In this document: positions 24,726 to 36,667 of the stretch, piece after piece
Layout: every line of letters starts with the position of its first letter
Position numbering within the stretch: position 1 is the first letter of the stretch
Origin: Pristiophorus japonicus
Lineage: Eukaryota
Length of the DNA stretch: 64,000 nt
Direction: 5' to 3'
Assembly: GCF_044704955.1 (NCBI RefSeq)
Contig: NC_091989.1
Coordinates: 186,930,001 to 186,994,000, forward strand
Notes under the pieces: model-generated
The model's input: only the letters and a program-made list of their open reading frames with translations
What the model was told of the DNA's origin: nothing
Database searches by the model: none
Position numbers and translations under genes: made by a program

Positions 24726-24813
24726 AAGGACTGAGGTCAATCATTCTCGATCAGTTTGTCTGCCCACTGCCCAACTCTGTCTGTATCACCCACAGTCCTT
24801 CAGCTGTTGCTTG

Positions 24814-27800
24814 CATAGAAACATAGAAACATAGAAACATAGAAAATAGGTGCAGGAGTAGGCCATTCGGCCCTTCTAGCCTGCACCGCCATTCAATGAG
24901 TTCATGGCTGAACATGCAACTTCAGTACCCCATTCCTGCTTTCTCACCATACCCCTTGATTCCCCTAGTAGTAAGGACTTCATCTAACTCCTTTTTGAAT
25001 ATATTTAGTGAATTGGCCTCAACAACTTTCTGTGGTAGAGAATTCCACAGGTTCACCACTCTCTGGGTGAAGAAATTCCTCCTCATCTCGGTCCCAAATG
25101 GCTTCCCCCTTATCCTTAGACTGTGTCCCCTGGTTCTGGACTTCCCCAACATTGGGAACATTCTTCCTGCATCTAACCTGTCTAACCCCGTCAGAATTTT
25201 AAACGTTTCTATGAGGTCCCCTCTCATTCTTCTGAACTCCAGTGAATACAAGCCCAGTTGATCCAGTCTTTCTTGATAGGTCAGTCCCGCCATCCCGGGA
25301 ATCAGTCTGGTGAACCTTCGCTGCACTCCCTCAATAGCAAGAATGTCCTTCCTCAGGTTAGGAGACCAAAACTGTACACAATACTCCAGGTGTGGCCTCA
25401 CCAAGGCCCTGTACAATTGTAGCAACACCTCCCTGCCCTTGTACTCAAATCCCCTCGCTATGAAGGTCAACATGCCATTTGCTTTCTTAACCGCCTGCTG
25501 TACCTGCATGCCAACCTTCAATGACTGATGTACCATGACACCCAGGTCTCTTTGCACCTCCCCTTTTCCTAATCTGTCACCATTCAGATAATAGTCTGTC
25601 TCTCTGTTTTTACCACCAAAGTGGATAACCTCACATTTATCCACATTATACTTCATCTGTCATGCATTTGCCCACTCACCTAACCTATCCAAGTCGCTCT
25701 GCAGCCTCATAGAATCCTCCTTGCAGCTCACACTGCCACCCAACTTAGTGTCATCCGCAAATTTGGAGATACTACATTTAATCCCCTCGTCTAAATCATT
25801 AATGTACAGTGTAAACAGCTGGGGCCCCAGCACAGAACCTTGCGGTACCCCACTAGTCACTGCCTGCCATTCTGAAAAGTCCCCATTTACTCCTACTCTT
25901 TGCTTCCTGTCTGACAACCAGTTCTCAATCCATGTCAGCACACTACCCCCAATCCCATGTGCTTTAACTTTGCACATTAATCTCTTGTGTGGGACCTTGT
26001 CGAAAGCCTTCTGAAAGTCCAAATATACCACATCAACTGGTTCTCCCTTGTCCACTCTACTGGAAACATCCTCAAAAAATTCCAGAAGATTTGTCAAGCA
26101 TGATTTCCCTTTCACAAATCCATGCTGACTTGGACCTATCATATTACCTCTTTCCAAATGCACTGCTATGACATCCTTAATAATTGATTCCATCATTTTA
26201 CCCACTACTGATGTCAGGCTGACCGGTCTGTAATTCCCTGTTTTCTCTCTCCCTCCTTTTTTAAAAAGTGGGGTTACATTGGCTACCCTCCACTCCATCG
26301 GAACTGATCCAGAGTCAATGGAATGTTGGAAAATGACTATCAATGCATCCACTATTTCCAAGGCCACCTCCTTAAGTACTCTGGGATGCAGTCCATCAGG
26401 CCCTGGTGATTTATCGGCCTTCAATCCCATCAATTTCCCCAACACAATTTCCCGACTAATAAGGATTTCCCTCAGTTCCTCCTCCTTACTAGACCCTCCG
26501 ACCCCTTTTATATCCGGAAGGTTGTTTGTGTCCTCCTCAGTGAATACCGAACCAAAGTACTTGTTCAATTGGTCTGCCATTTCTTTGTTCCCCGTTATGA
26601 CTTCCCCTGATTCTGACTGCAGGGGACCTACGTTTGTCTTTACTAACCTTTTTCTCTTTACATATCTATAGAAACTTTTGCAATCCGTCTTTATGTTCCC
26701 TGCAAGCTTCTTCTCGTACTCCATTTTCCCTGCCCTAATCAAACCCTTTGTCCTCCTCTGCTGAGTTCTAAATTTCTCCCAGTCCCCGGGTTCGCTGCTA
26801 CTTCTGGTCAATTTGTATGCCACTTCCTTGGCTTTAATGCTATCCCTGATTTCCCTTGATAGCCACGGTTGAGCCACCTTCCCTTTTTTATTTTTACGAC
26901 AGACAGGAATGTACAATTGTTGTAGTTCATCCATGCGGTCTCTAAATGTCTGCCATTGCCCATCCACAGTCAACCCCTTCAGTATCATTTGCCAATCTAT
27001 CCTAGCCAATTCACGCCTCATGCCTTCAAAGTTACCCTTCTTTAAGTACTGGACCATGGTTTCTGAATTAACTGTTTCATTCTCCATCCTAATGCAGAAT
27101 TCCACCATATTATGGTCACTCTTCCCCAAGGGGCCTCGCACAACGAGATTGCTAATTAATCCTCTCTCATTACACAACACCCAGTCTAAGATGGCCTCCC
27201 CGCTAGTTGGTTCCTCGACATATTGGTCTAAAAAACCATCCCTTATGCACTCCAGGAAATCCTCCTCCACTGTATTGCTTCCAGTTTGGTTAACCCAATC
27301 TATGTGCATATTAAAGTCACCCATTATAACTGCTGCACCTTTATTGCACGCACCCCTAATTTCATGTTTGATGCCCTCCCCAACATCACTACTACTGTTT
27401 GGAGGTCTGTACACAACTCCCACTAACGTTTTTTGTCCTTTGGTATTCTGCAGCTCTACCCATATAGATTCCACATCATCCAAGCTAATGTCCTTCCGAA
27501 CTATTGCCTTAATTTGCTCCTTAACGAGCAATGCTACCCCACCTCCTTTTCCTTTTATTCTATCTTTCCTGAATGTTGAATACTCCTGGATGTTGAGTTC
27601 CCAGCCCTGATCATCCTGGAGCCACGTCTCCGTAATCCCAATCACATCATATTTGTTAACATCTATTTGCACAGTTAATTCATCCACTTTATTGCGGATA
27701 CTCCTTGCATTAAGACACAAAGCCTTCAGGCTTGTTCTTTTAACACCCTTTGTCCTTTTAGAATTTTGCTGTACAGTGGCCCTTTTTGTTCTTTGCCTTG

Positions 27801-27903
27801 GGTTTCTCTGCCCTCCACTTTTCCTCATCTCCTTTCTGTCTTTTGCTTTTGCCTCCTTTTTGTTTCCCTCTGTCTCCCTGCATTGGTTCCCATCCCCCTG
27901 CCT
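24814..27903 (-). mobile_element. CR1 LINE with near-complete ORF2 (APE endonuclease and RT) broken by one nonsense codon at 25660-25662
   Basis: ORFs 25660-27924 and 24922-25656 are in the same frame (WANA*QMKYN). Motifs LNARS, ITETW, GDFN, SDH, YRPVSL, GVPQGS and FADD. (TTCTATGT)n tail at 24814-24845. Confidence 0.96.
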
Positions 27904-27929
27904 GTCAAGGGAAGAGTTAATCACCTGAC

Positions 27930-28490
27930 TGTCAGCCGTGGCTCAGTGAGCAGCACACTGGCCTCTGGTGGTGGCTTCAAGTCCCAGTCCAGACACTTCA
28001 GCACAGAATTCTAGGCTACCACTCAGTGCAGTGCTGAGGGAGTGCCGCACTGTCCGAGGGGCAGTACTGAGGGAGCGCCGCACTGCCGGAGGGGCAGTAC
28101 TGAGGGAGTGCCGCACTGTCGGAGGGGCAGTACTGAGGGATTGCCGCACTGTTGGAGGAGCAGTACTGAGGGAGTGCCGCACTGACGGAGGGGCAGTACA
28201 GAGGGAGTGCCGCGCTGTCGGAGGGGCAGTACTGAGGGAGTGCCGCACTGTCGGAGGGGCAGAACTGAGGGAGCGCTGCACTGTCCGAGGGGCAGTACTG
28301 AGAGAGTGCTGCACTGTCTAAGGGGCAGTACTGAGGGAGCACTGCACTGTCCGAGGGCAGTGCTGAGGGAGTGCCGCACTGTCGGAGGGGCAGTACTGAG
28401 GGAGTGCCGCACTGTCGGAGGGGCAGTACTGAGGGAGTGCCGGACTGTCGGAGGTGGCGTCTTTTGGATGAGACGTTAAAACAAGGCCCC
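27930..28490 (+). mobile_element. Deu-domain SINE (SacSINE1/AmnSINE1-like) with an internal 33-bp unit amplified ~13 times
   Basis: tRNA-like head gccgtggctcagtg. Core cagtgcagtgctgagggagtgccgcactgtc...cgtcttttggatgagacgttaaa. Tandem GGGCAGTACTGAGGGAGTGCCGCACTGTCGGAG at 28029-28453. Confidence 0.8.
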
Positions 28491-28599
28491 AAAATGCGAT
28501 TGAACTTTTCTTTAATTCTACTTGTGATTATTTTAAATTTTGTTCTCTCTCATTACCATCCCACTGACCAATGGAAACACTGGGGTAGAAATTGTGGGA

Positions 28600-29085
28600 C
28601 GATGTGGGACCTTATCAAAAGCTTTGCTAAAGTTCATATACACTGCGTCAAAAGTACTCCACTCATCGATCCTCCTGGTTACCTCCTCAAAACATTCAAT
28701 CGGTTTAGTCCAACACGATCTTCCCTTAACAAATCCGTGCTGTCTGTCCCTAATTAATCCTTGCCTTTCCAAATGTAGACATAGAAACATAGAAAATAGG
28801 TGCAGGAGTAGGCCATTCGGCCCTTCTAGCCTGCACCGCCATTCAATGAGTTCATGGCTGAACATGCAACTTCAGTACCCCATTCCTGCTTTCTCACTAT
28901 ACCCCTTGATCCCCTTTTGGGGACTTCATCTAACTCCCTTTTGAATATATTTAGTGAAATAGAAATGTAGATTTATCCTGTCTTTCAGGATTTTCTCCAA
29001 TAATTTCCCCACCACTGAGGTTGGGCTGACAGGCCTGTAATTACTCGGCCTATCCCTTTCTCACTTCTTAAACAAGGCTGCACAT
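28600..29085 (-). mobile_element. CR1 RT fragment with a younger CR1 3' end (28779-28960) inserted
   Basis: QHGFVKGRSC...[11 protein letters not shown]; catagaaa tail. Confidence 0.85.
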
Positions 29086-29404
29086 TATAGTCTCGATGTT
29101 GGAGACTGTGTACCCAGTAGTTTCGGTTCTGTCAGTCTGGTGCCTTTCGATAAAGATAAAGCTGTTTGTTGGTGCGAGGGACACAATCGGAAGCGTATTT
29201 CCATATCGACAGCGTGGTGCTGATTGTTTTTAGTAACAAGGCCCCTCTGGGACATCCCCCAGCTCAGATTAAACCTGACTGTGAAACCTGAGAGCATGTG
29301 TAGAGAAGATACTAGTCTTGATGTTATCACTGAGTTTCGGACATCTGTCAAGTATCAATAGCAAATAGTCACTGTGCTTCCAGTAAACCCAGGGCATTTA
29401 AAAA

Positions 29405-30235
29405 TTAATTCCTGGGATGTAGACATCGCTGGGAAGGCTGGCATTTATTGCCCATCCCTAATTGCCCCTTGAGAAGGTGGTGGTGAGCCGCCTTCTTGAA
29501 CCGCTGCAGTCCGTGTGGTGAAGGTGCTCCCACAGTGCTGTTAGGGAGGGAGTTCCAGGATTGTGACCCAGCGACGATGAAGGAACAGCCGATATATTTC
29601 CCAGTCAGGATGGTGTGTGACTGGGAGGGGAATATGCACGGTGCACCGGTGGTGGAGGGAGGGAATGTTGAAGGTGGTGGATGGGGAGCCAATCAAGCGG
29701 CTGCTTTGTCCTGGATGGTGTCGAGCTTCTTGAGTGTTGTTGGAGCTGCACCATCCAGGCAAGTGGAGAGTATTCCATCACACTCCTGACTTGTGCCTTG
29801 TCGATGGTGGGGGGGCTTTGGGGAGTCAGGAGGTGAGACACTTGCCACAGAATACCCAGCCCCTGACCCGCTCTTGTAGCTACAGTATTTATGTGGCTGG
29901 TCCAGTTAAGTTTCTGGTCAATGGTGACCCCCAGGATGTTGATGGTGGGGGATTCGGCGATGGTAATGCCGTTGAATGTCAAGGGGAGGTGGTTACTCTC
30001 ACTTGTTGGAGATGGTCACTGCCTGGCACTTGTGTAGTGTGAATGTTACTCGCCACTTATCAGCCCAAGCCTGAATGTTGTCCAGGTCTTGCTACATGTG
30101 GGCCTGGACTGTTTCATTATCTGAGGAGTTGTGAATGGAACTGAACACTGTGCAGTCATCAGCGAACATCCCCACTTCTGACCTTATGATGGAGGGAAGG
30201 TCATTGGTGAAACAGCTGAAGATGGTTGGGCCGTG
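29405..30235 (-). mobile_element. CR1-clade LINE of a second family, 3' end
   Basis: ILGVTIDQKLNWTSHI...AQVRSVMEYSPLAW...SWNSLPNS; tail gggcaattagggatgggcaataaatg. Confidence 0.85.
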
Positions 30236-31475
30236 GATACGGGAACTCTTTGGCACAAAAAATAGAAAAGTAAATTATAATTTAAATGGAGAACAATTGC
30301 AAAGTGCTTCAGTACAGTGGGACCTGGGGGTCCTTGTGCATGAAACACAAAAAGTTAGTATGCAGGTACAGTAAGTGATCTTGGCCTTTATTGCAAAGGG
30401 GATGGAGTACTACTCCAGCCTACTCCAGAGTACAAAGCCAGCGGTGTAATCCAGTGACGGTCAAAGCAGGAACGTAGTCGGGATGTCCAGAGAAGTCGAG
30501 GAGATCGGGAACCGATTGGAGAAAAGAGTTCAGCGACACAGACTTGGAGCGACCGAGCTGGTTCCAGGGTTTCTCAGCGCTGTTGGCCGATAGCGAACCC
30601 GGACTGTTTTACTTGCTGTCTGTCACTCGTTCTACTTCTTCCATTATCAGCAGACCCCAGAGCCCCTTCTCCCGTCGGTGAGTGGGAGCGGTTTCTGTGA
30701 TTGGTCGGTGAGTCGGGAAGTCGGGAGGTCGGTGAGTCGGGAGGTCAGGAGGTCGGTGAGTCGGGAGGTCAGAGAATCGGGAGGTTGGAAGGTCAGAGAG
30801 TCAAGTGTTCAGAGAGTCAGGGGGCATAGATTTAAAGTAATTGGGGGGAGGATTAGAGGGGCGATGAGGAAATATTTCTTCACCCAGAGGGTGGTGGGGG
30901 TCTGGAACTCACGGCCTGAAAGGGTGGTAGAGGCAGAAACCCTCACCACATTTAAACAGGACCTGGATGTACACCTGAAGTGCTGTAACCCACAGGGCTA
31001 CGGACCGAGAGCTGGAAAGTGGGATTAGGCTGGGTAGCTCTTGGTCGGCCGGTGTGGACACGATGGGCCGAATGGCCTCCTGTGTGGGAAGTGCTCTATG
31101 ATTCTCTGACTCTATGAACACGGCCTCACTGAGGGAGACGTGGGGTAAAGAGCGAGGAAGGGAACAGGATGGAAAACACAGGAGGGGGGCATTCAAGGCT
31201 GGGTAACTCTCAGCTTAGAAACAATTTGCTGGCTGGGGAGCCGAGCCAGTCAGTGACCATTCTGAGTGGGGTTTCCATCAATCATCGCTGACGGGGCCAG
31301 TTTAGTTCCGGGTGTGTGTCGCTGCTTGTTACTGATAAGGTCTCGGTCTAACCAGCCGCTTCCGCTGCTTATCGACAGGGCACCAGCGGGTCGGTTCTGT
31401 GAGCGACCCACTGACCTGTGTTCGGGGAGGGAGCAGGAGGTGATCGGTAACAGTAACTGACCCTCCTGGTCCTGA

Positions 31476-31812
31476 GCCCCATCCCTGACCCTGACCCTAA
31501 CCCTGACCCTGACCCGAACCCTGACCCTGAACCTAACCCTGACCCGAACCCGAACCCTGACCCTGAACCTAACCCTATCCTTGACCCTAAACCTAATCCT
31601 AACCCTGACCCTAACCCTGACCCAAACCCTGACACTAACCCTAACACTGACCCTGACCTTGAGCCTGGCGCTGACCCTGATCCTATCCCTAACCCTATCC
31701 CTAACCCTAACCCTGACCTTAACCCTGACCCTGCCCTGACCCTGACCCTTACCCTAACCCTGACCCTAACACTGACACTAACCCTGACCCTGACCCGAAC
31801 CCTGACCCTGAC
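31476..31812. repeat. Telomere-like hexamer array (CCCTAA/CCCTGA variants)
   Basis: Mixed TTAGGG/TCAGGG on the minus strand. Confidence 0.88.
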
Positions 31813-33820
31813 CCACTGACCTGTGTTCGGGGGGTTGGGGGGCGGGGGCGGGGGCGATCAGTAACAGTAACCGACCCTCCTGGTCCTGAGCCCCGTGCAC
31901 AGCTCAGCCAATCAGTAACAGCGACTGGGAGTTCAATGTGAAAGTGTAATGGGAATGTTCCACATAGTGGTTAAAGTGTAGAGAGAAGTGACACACATTT
32001 TATATACACAGATAATAGAGAGAGAGAGAGACATGTAGACAGACAGAGTGGTACTTTAAATGTTACCGGTGCAGGTGTGATACATATACAGCCGGTGCTG
32101 TTGTTCCATGCCTTTGTTACCTCCAGACTTGACTATTCCAGCGCACTCCTGGCTGGCCTCCCACATTCTCCCCGACATAATCTAGAGCTGATCCAAAACT
32201 CGGCTACCCATGTCCTAACTCGCACCCGTAATGTGACACCGAGTGGCATAAAGAGATATTAGGGCAGGTGACCAAAAGCCTGGTCAAAGAGGTAATTTTT
32301 AAGGAGCATCTTAAACAAGGAAAGAGAGGTAGAGAGGTGGAGAGGTTTAGGGAGAGAGTCCCAGAGCTTGGGACCCAGGCAGCTGAAGGCACGGCCACCG
32401 ATGGTGGAGCGATTATAATCAGGGATGGTCAGGACGGCAGAATTTGAGGAGCACAGACATCTCTGGGGCAGGGGGGGGGGAGGCTGGAGGAGATTACAGA
32501 GAGAGGGAGGGGCGAGGGCCATAGAGGGATTTGTAAACAAGATTGAGAATTTTGAAATCGAGGCATTGCTTAACCGGGAGCCAATGTAGGTCAGTGAGCA
32601 CAGGGTGATATCTGTACACTGACTGGTGTCTCTCACTCCAATTCAAGGAGATATCGGTACACTGACTGGTGTCTCTCAGTCCCTCTCTCTCAAGGTGATA
32701 TCTGTTCACTGACTGGTGTCTCTCACTCCAATTCAAGGAGATATCGGTACACTGACTGGTGTCTCTCAGTCCCCTCTCCCTCAGGGTGATATCTGTACAC
32801 TGACTGGTGTCTCTCACTCCAATTCAAGGAGATATCGGTACACTGACTGGTGTCTCTCAGTCCCACTCCCTCGGGTTGTTATCTGTACACTGACTGGTGT
32901 CTCTCAGTCCGTCTCTCTCAGGGAGATATCTGTACACTGACTGGTGTCTCTCAGTCCGTCTCCCTCAGGGAGATATCTGTACACTGACTGGTGTCTCTCA
33001 GTCCCCTCTCCCTCAGGGAGATATCTGTACACTGACTGGTGTCTCTCAGTCCCTCTCCCTCAGGGAGATATCTGTACACTGGCTGGTGTCTCTCAGTCCC
33101 TCTCGCTCAGGGAGATATCTGTACACTGGCTGGTGTCTCTCAGTCCCTCTCCCTCAGGGAGATATCTGTACACTGACTGGTGTCTCTCAGTCCCATCCCT
33201 CAGGGAGATATCTGTACACTTTATTCCCTTATCGCTCAAAAATCTGTCCAGCTCCATCTTAAATTTATTCAATGACACAGCCTCCCCAGCTCTCCACAGA
33301 TTTACAACGCTCTGAGAGAAGAAATTCCTCCTCATCTCAGTTTTAAATGGGCGGCCCCTTATTCTGAGACTATTGGACTATATTTTCCCCATGCTGTTTT
33401 TTGGCGTATTGTCAGAGTTGGCCCGAACCTTTTTTGGCCCCGAATATTCCCCAGAAATAACGATCAAATTTCAGGCATGGAGCTGTGTGGGTTCCCTGAC
33501 CTTCACCCCCCTCACCCACCCCCGAGTTCCTGACCTTCGGCCTCCCCTCACCCACTCCCGGGTTCCTGACCTTCGGCCACCCGAGTTTTTGACACCCCCC
33601 GAGTCCCTGACCTCGCCCCGATTGATCCCCTCTCCGCTCTCCCCGCATCGATTCCCTCTCCTCTCTCTCCCCTCCCCCGGCCACCCCCCCCCACATCAAT
33701 CCCCGCCCTCCAGCCCCTCCCCCACCACACGGCCGTGCAGAGGGAGTGGAAAACACGGAGCCAATAATCGCTGCGATTGTTGAACACTCCGTTCTCGGGA
33801 TGTGGGCATCGCTGGCCAAG

Positions 33821-34480
33821 CCTAACCCTAACCCTGACCCTAACCCTGACCGTGACCCTGAACCTGACCATAACCATGACCCTAACCCTGACCCAAACCC
33901 TGNNNNNNNNNNNNNNNNNNNNNNNNNNNNNNNNNNNNNNNNNNNNNNNNNNNNNNNNNNNNNNNNNNNNNNNNNNNNNNNNNNNNNNNNNNNNNNNNNN
34001 NNNNNNNNNNNNNNNNNNNNNNNNNNNNNNNNNNNNNNNNNNNNNNNNNNNNNNNNNNNNNNNNNNNNNNNNNNNNNNNNNNNNNNNNNNNNNNNNNNNN
34101 NNNNNNNNNNNNNNNNNNNNNNNNNNNNNNNNNNNNNNNNNNNNNNNNNNNNNNNNNNNNNNNNNNNNNNNNNNNNNNNNNNNNNNNNNNNNNNNNNNNN
34201 NNNNNNNNNNNNNNNNNNNNNNNNNNNNNNNNNNNNNNNNNNNNNNCTAACCATGACCCTATCCAAAACCCTGATCCTAACCCTAACCCTGACCCTAACC
34301 CTAACCCTAACCCTGACCCTGAGCCTAACCCTGACCCTAACCTTAACCCTGACCCTAACCATGACCCTATCCCTAACCCTGTCCCTGACCCTCACCCTAA
34401 CCCTGATCCTGAATCTAACCTGAACCCGAACCCTATCCTTAACCCTGATCCTGACCCACTGACCCGAACCCTGACCCTGA
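33821..34480. repeat. Telomere-like hexamer array containing assembly gap 33903-34246
   Basis: CCCTAA/CCCTGA on both sides of the N run. Confidence 0.88.
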
Positions 34481-36225
34481 CCCACTGACCTGTGTTCGGG
34501 GAGGGCGGGGGGCGATCAGTAACAGTAACCGACCCTCCTGGTCCTGAGCCCCGCGCACAGCTCAGCCAATCAGCAACAGCGACTGGGAGTTCAATGTGAA
34601 AGTGTAATGGGAATGTTCCACATCGTGGTTAAAGTGTAGAGAGAAGTGACACACATTTTATATACACAGATAATAGAGAGAGAGAGAGACATGTAGACAG
34701 ACAGAGTGGTACTTTAAATGTTACCAGTGCGGGTGTGATACATGTACACCCGGTGCTGTTGTTCTGTGCCTTTGTTACCTCCAGACTTGACTATTCCAGC
34801 GCACTCCTGGCTGGCCTCCCACATTCTCCCCGACATAAACTAGAGCTAATCCAAAACTCGGCTACCCATGTCCTAACTCGCACCCGTAATTTGATACCGA
34901 GCGGCATAAAGAGATATTAGGGCAGGTGACCAAAAGCCTAGTCAAAGAGGTAGGTTTTAAGGAGCATCTTAAACAAGGAAAGAGAGGTAGAGAGGTGGAG
35001 AGGTTTAGGGAGGGAGTTCCACAGCTTGGGGCCCAGGCAGCTGAAGGCACGGCCACCGATGGTGGAGCGATTATAATCAGGGATGGTCAGGAGGGCAGAA
35101 TTTGAGGAGCACAGACATCTCGGGGGTTGGGGGGCTGGAGGAGATTACAGAGATAGGGAGGGGTGAGGCTGTGGAGGGATTTGTAAACAAGATTGAGAAT
35201 TTTGAAATCGAGGCATTGCTTAACCGGGAGCCAATGTGATACCTGTACACTGACTGGTGTCTCTCAGTCCCTCTCCCTCAGGGAGATATCTGTACACTGA
35301 CGGGTGTCTCTCAGTCCCTCTCCCTCAGGGAGATATCTGTACACTGACTGGTGTCTCTCAGTCCCTCTCCCTCAGGGAGATATCTGTACACTGACTGGTG
35401 TCTCTCAGTCCCTCTCCCTCAGGGAGATATCTGTACACTGACTGGTGTCTCTCAGTCCCTCTCCCTCAGGGAGATATCTGTACACTTTATTCCCTTATCG
35501 CTCAAAAATCTGTCTATCTCCGTCTTAAATTTATTCAATGACACAGGCTCCCCAGCTCTCCACAGATTTACAACCCTCTGAGAGAAGAAATTCCTCCTCA
35601 TCTCAGTTTTAAATGGGCGGCCCCTTATTCTGAGACTATCGGACTATATTTTCCCCATGCTGTTTTTTGGCGTATTGCCAGAGTTGGCCCGAATCTTTTT
35701 TCGCCCCGAATATTTCTCAGAAATATTCAGGCATGGAGGCTGTGTGGGTTCCCCGGGTTCCTGACCTTCGCCCCCCCCACCCCCACCCCCGGGTTCCTGA
35801 CCTTCGGCCCCCTCCCCCACCCCCGAGTTCCTGACCTTCGCCCCCCCCCCCCCAACCCGGGTTCCTGACCTTCGGCCCCCTCCCCCACCCCCGAGTTCCT
35901 GACCTTCGCCCCCCCACCCCACCCCCGGGTTCCTGACCTTCGGCCCCCCCTCCCCCACCCCCGGGGTCCTGACCTTCGGCCCCCCGAGTTTTTGACACCC
36001 CCCGAGTCCCTGACCTTCTCCCCCCGATTGATCCCCTCTCCGCTCCCCCCGCATCGATTCCCTCTCCTCTCTCTCCCCTCCCCCGGCCACCCCCCCCACA
36101 TCAATCCCCGCCCCCCAGCCCCTCCCCCACCACACGGCCGTGCAGAGGGAGTGGAAAACACGGAGCCAATAATCGCTGCGATTGTTGAACACTCCATTCT
36201 CGGGATGTGGGCATCGCTGGCCAAG

Positions 36226-36667
36226 CCTAACCCTAACCCTGACCCTAACCCTGACCGTAACCCTGAANNNNNNNNNNNNNNNNNNNNNNNNNNNNNNNNN
36301 NNNNNNNNNNNNNNNNNNNNNNNNNNNNNNNNNNNNNNNNNNNNNNNNNNNNNNNNNNNNNNNNNNNNNNNNNNNNNNNNNNNNNNNNNNNNNNNNNNNN
36401 NNNNNNNNNNNNNNNNNNNNNNNNGTATCCCTGAACCTGACCCTAACCCTGACCCTGACCCTGACCCTGACCCTGAGCCTAACCTTAACCCTGACCCTAA
36501 CCATGACCCTATCCCAAACCCTGACCCTAACCCAAACCCGAACCCTGTCCCTGACCCTAACCCGAACCCTGATCCTGAATCTAACCCGAACCCGAACCCT
36601 ATCCTTAACCCTGATCCTGACCCACTGACCCTAACCCTGACCCTGACCCTGACCCTGACCCTGACCC
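36226..36667. repeat. Telomere-like hexamer array containing assembly gap 36268-36424
   Basis: CCCTAA/CCCTGA on both sides of the N run. Confidence 0.88.

Noticed and set aside
24335-27990. tRNA genes at the SINE heads (24335 and 27930)
   Set aside because: Only A/B-box remnants; no cloverleaf; they continue into SINE bodies.
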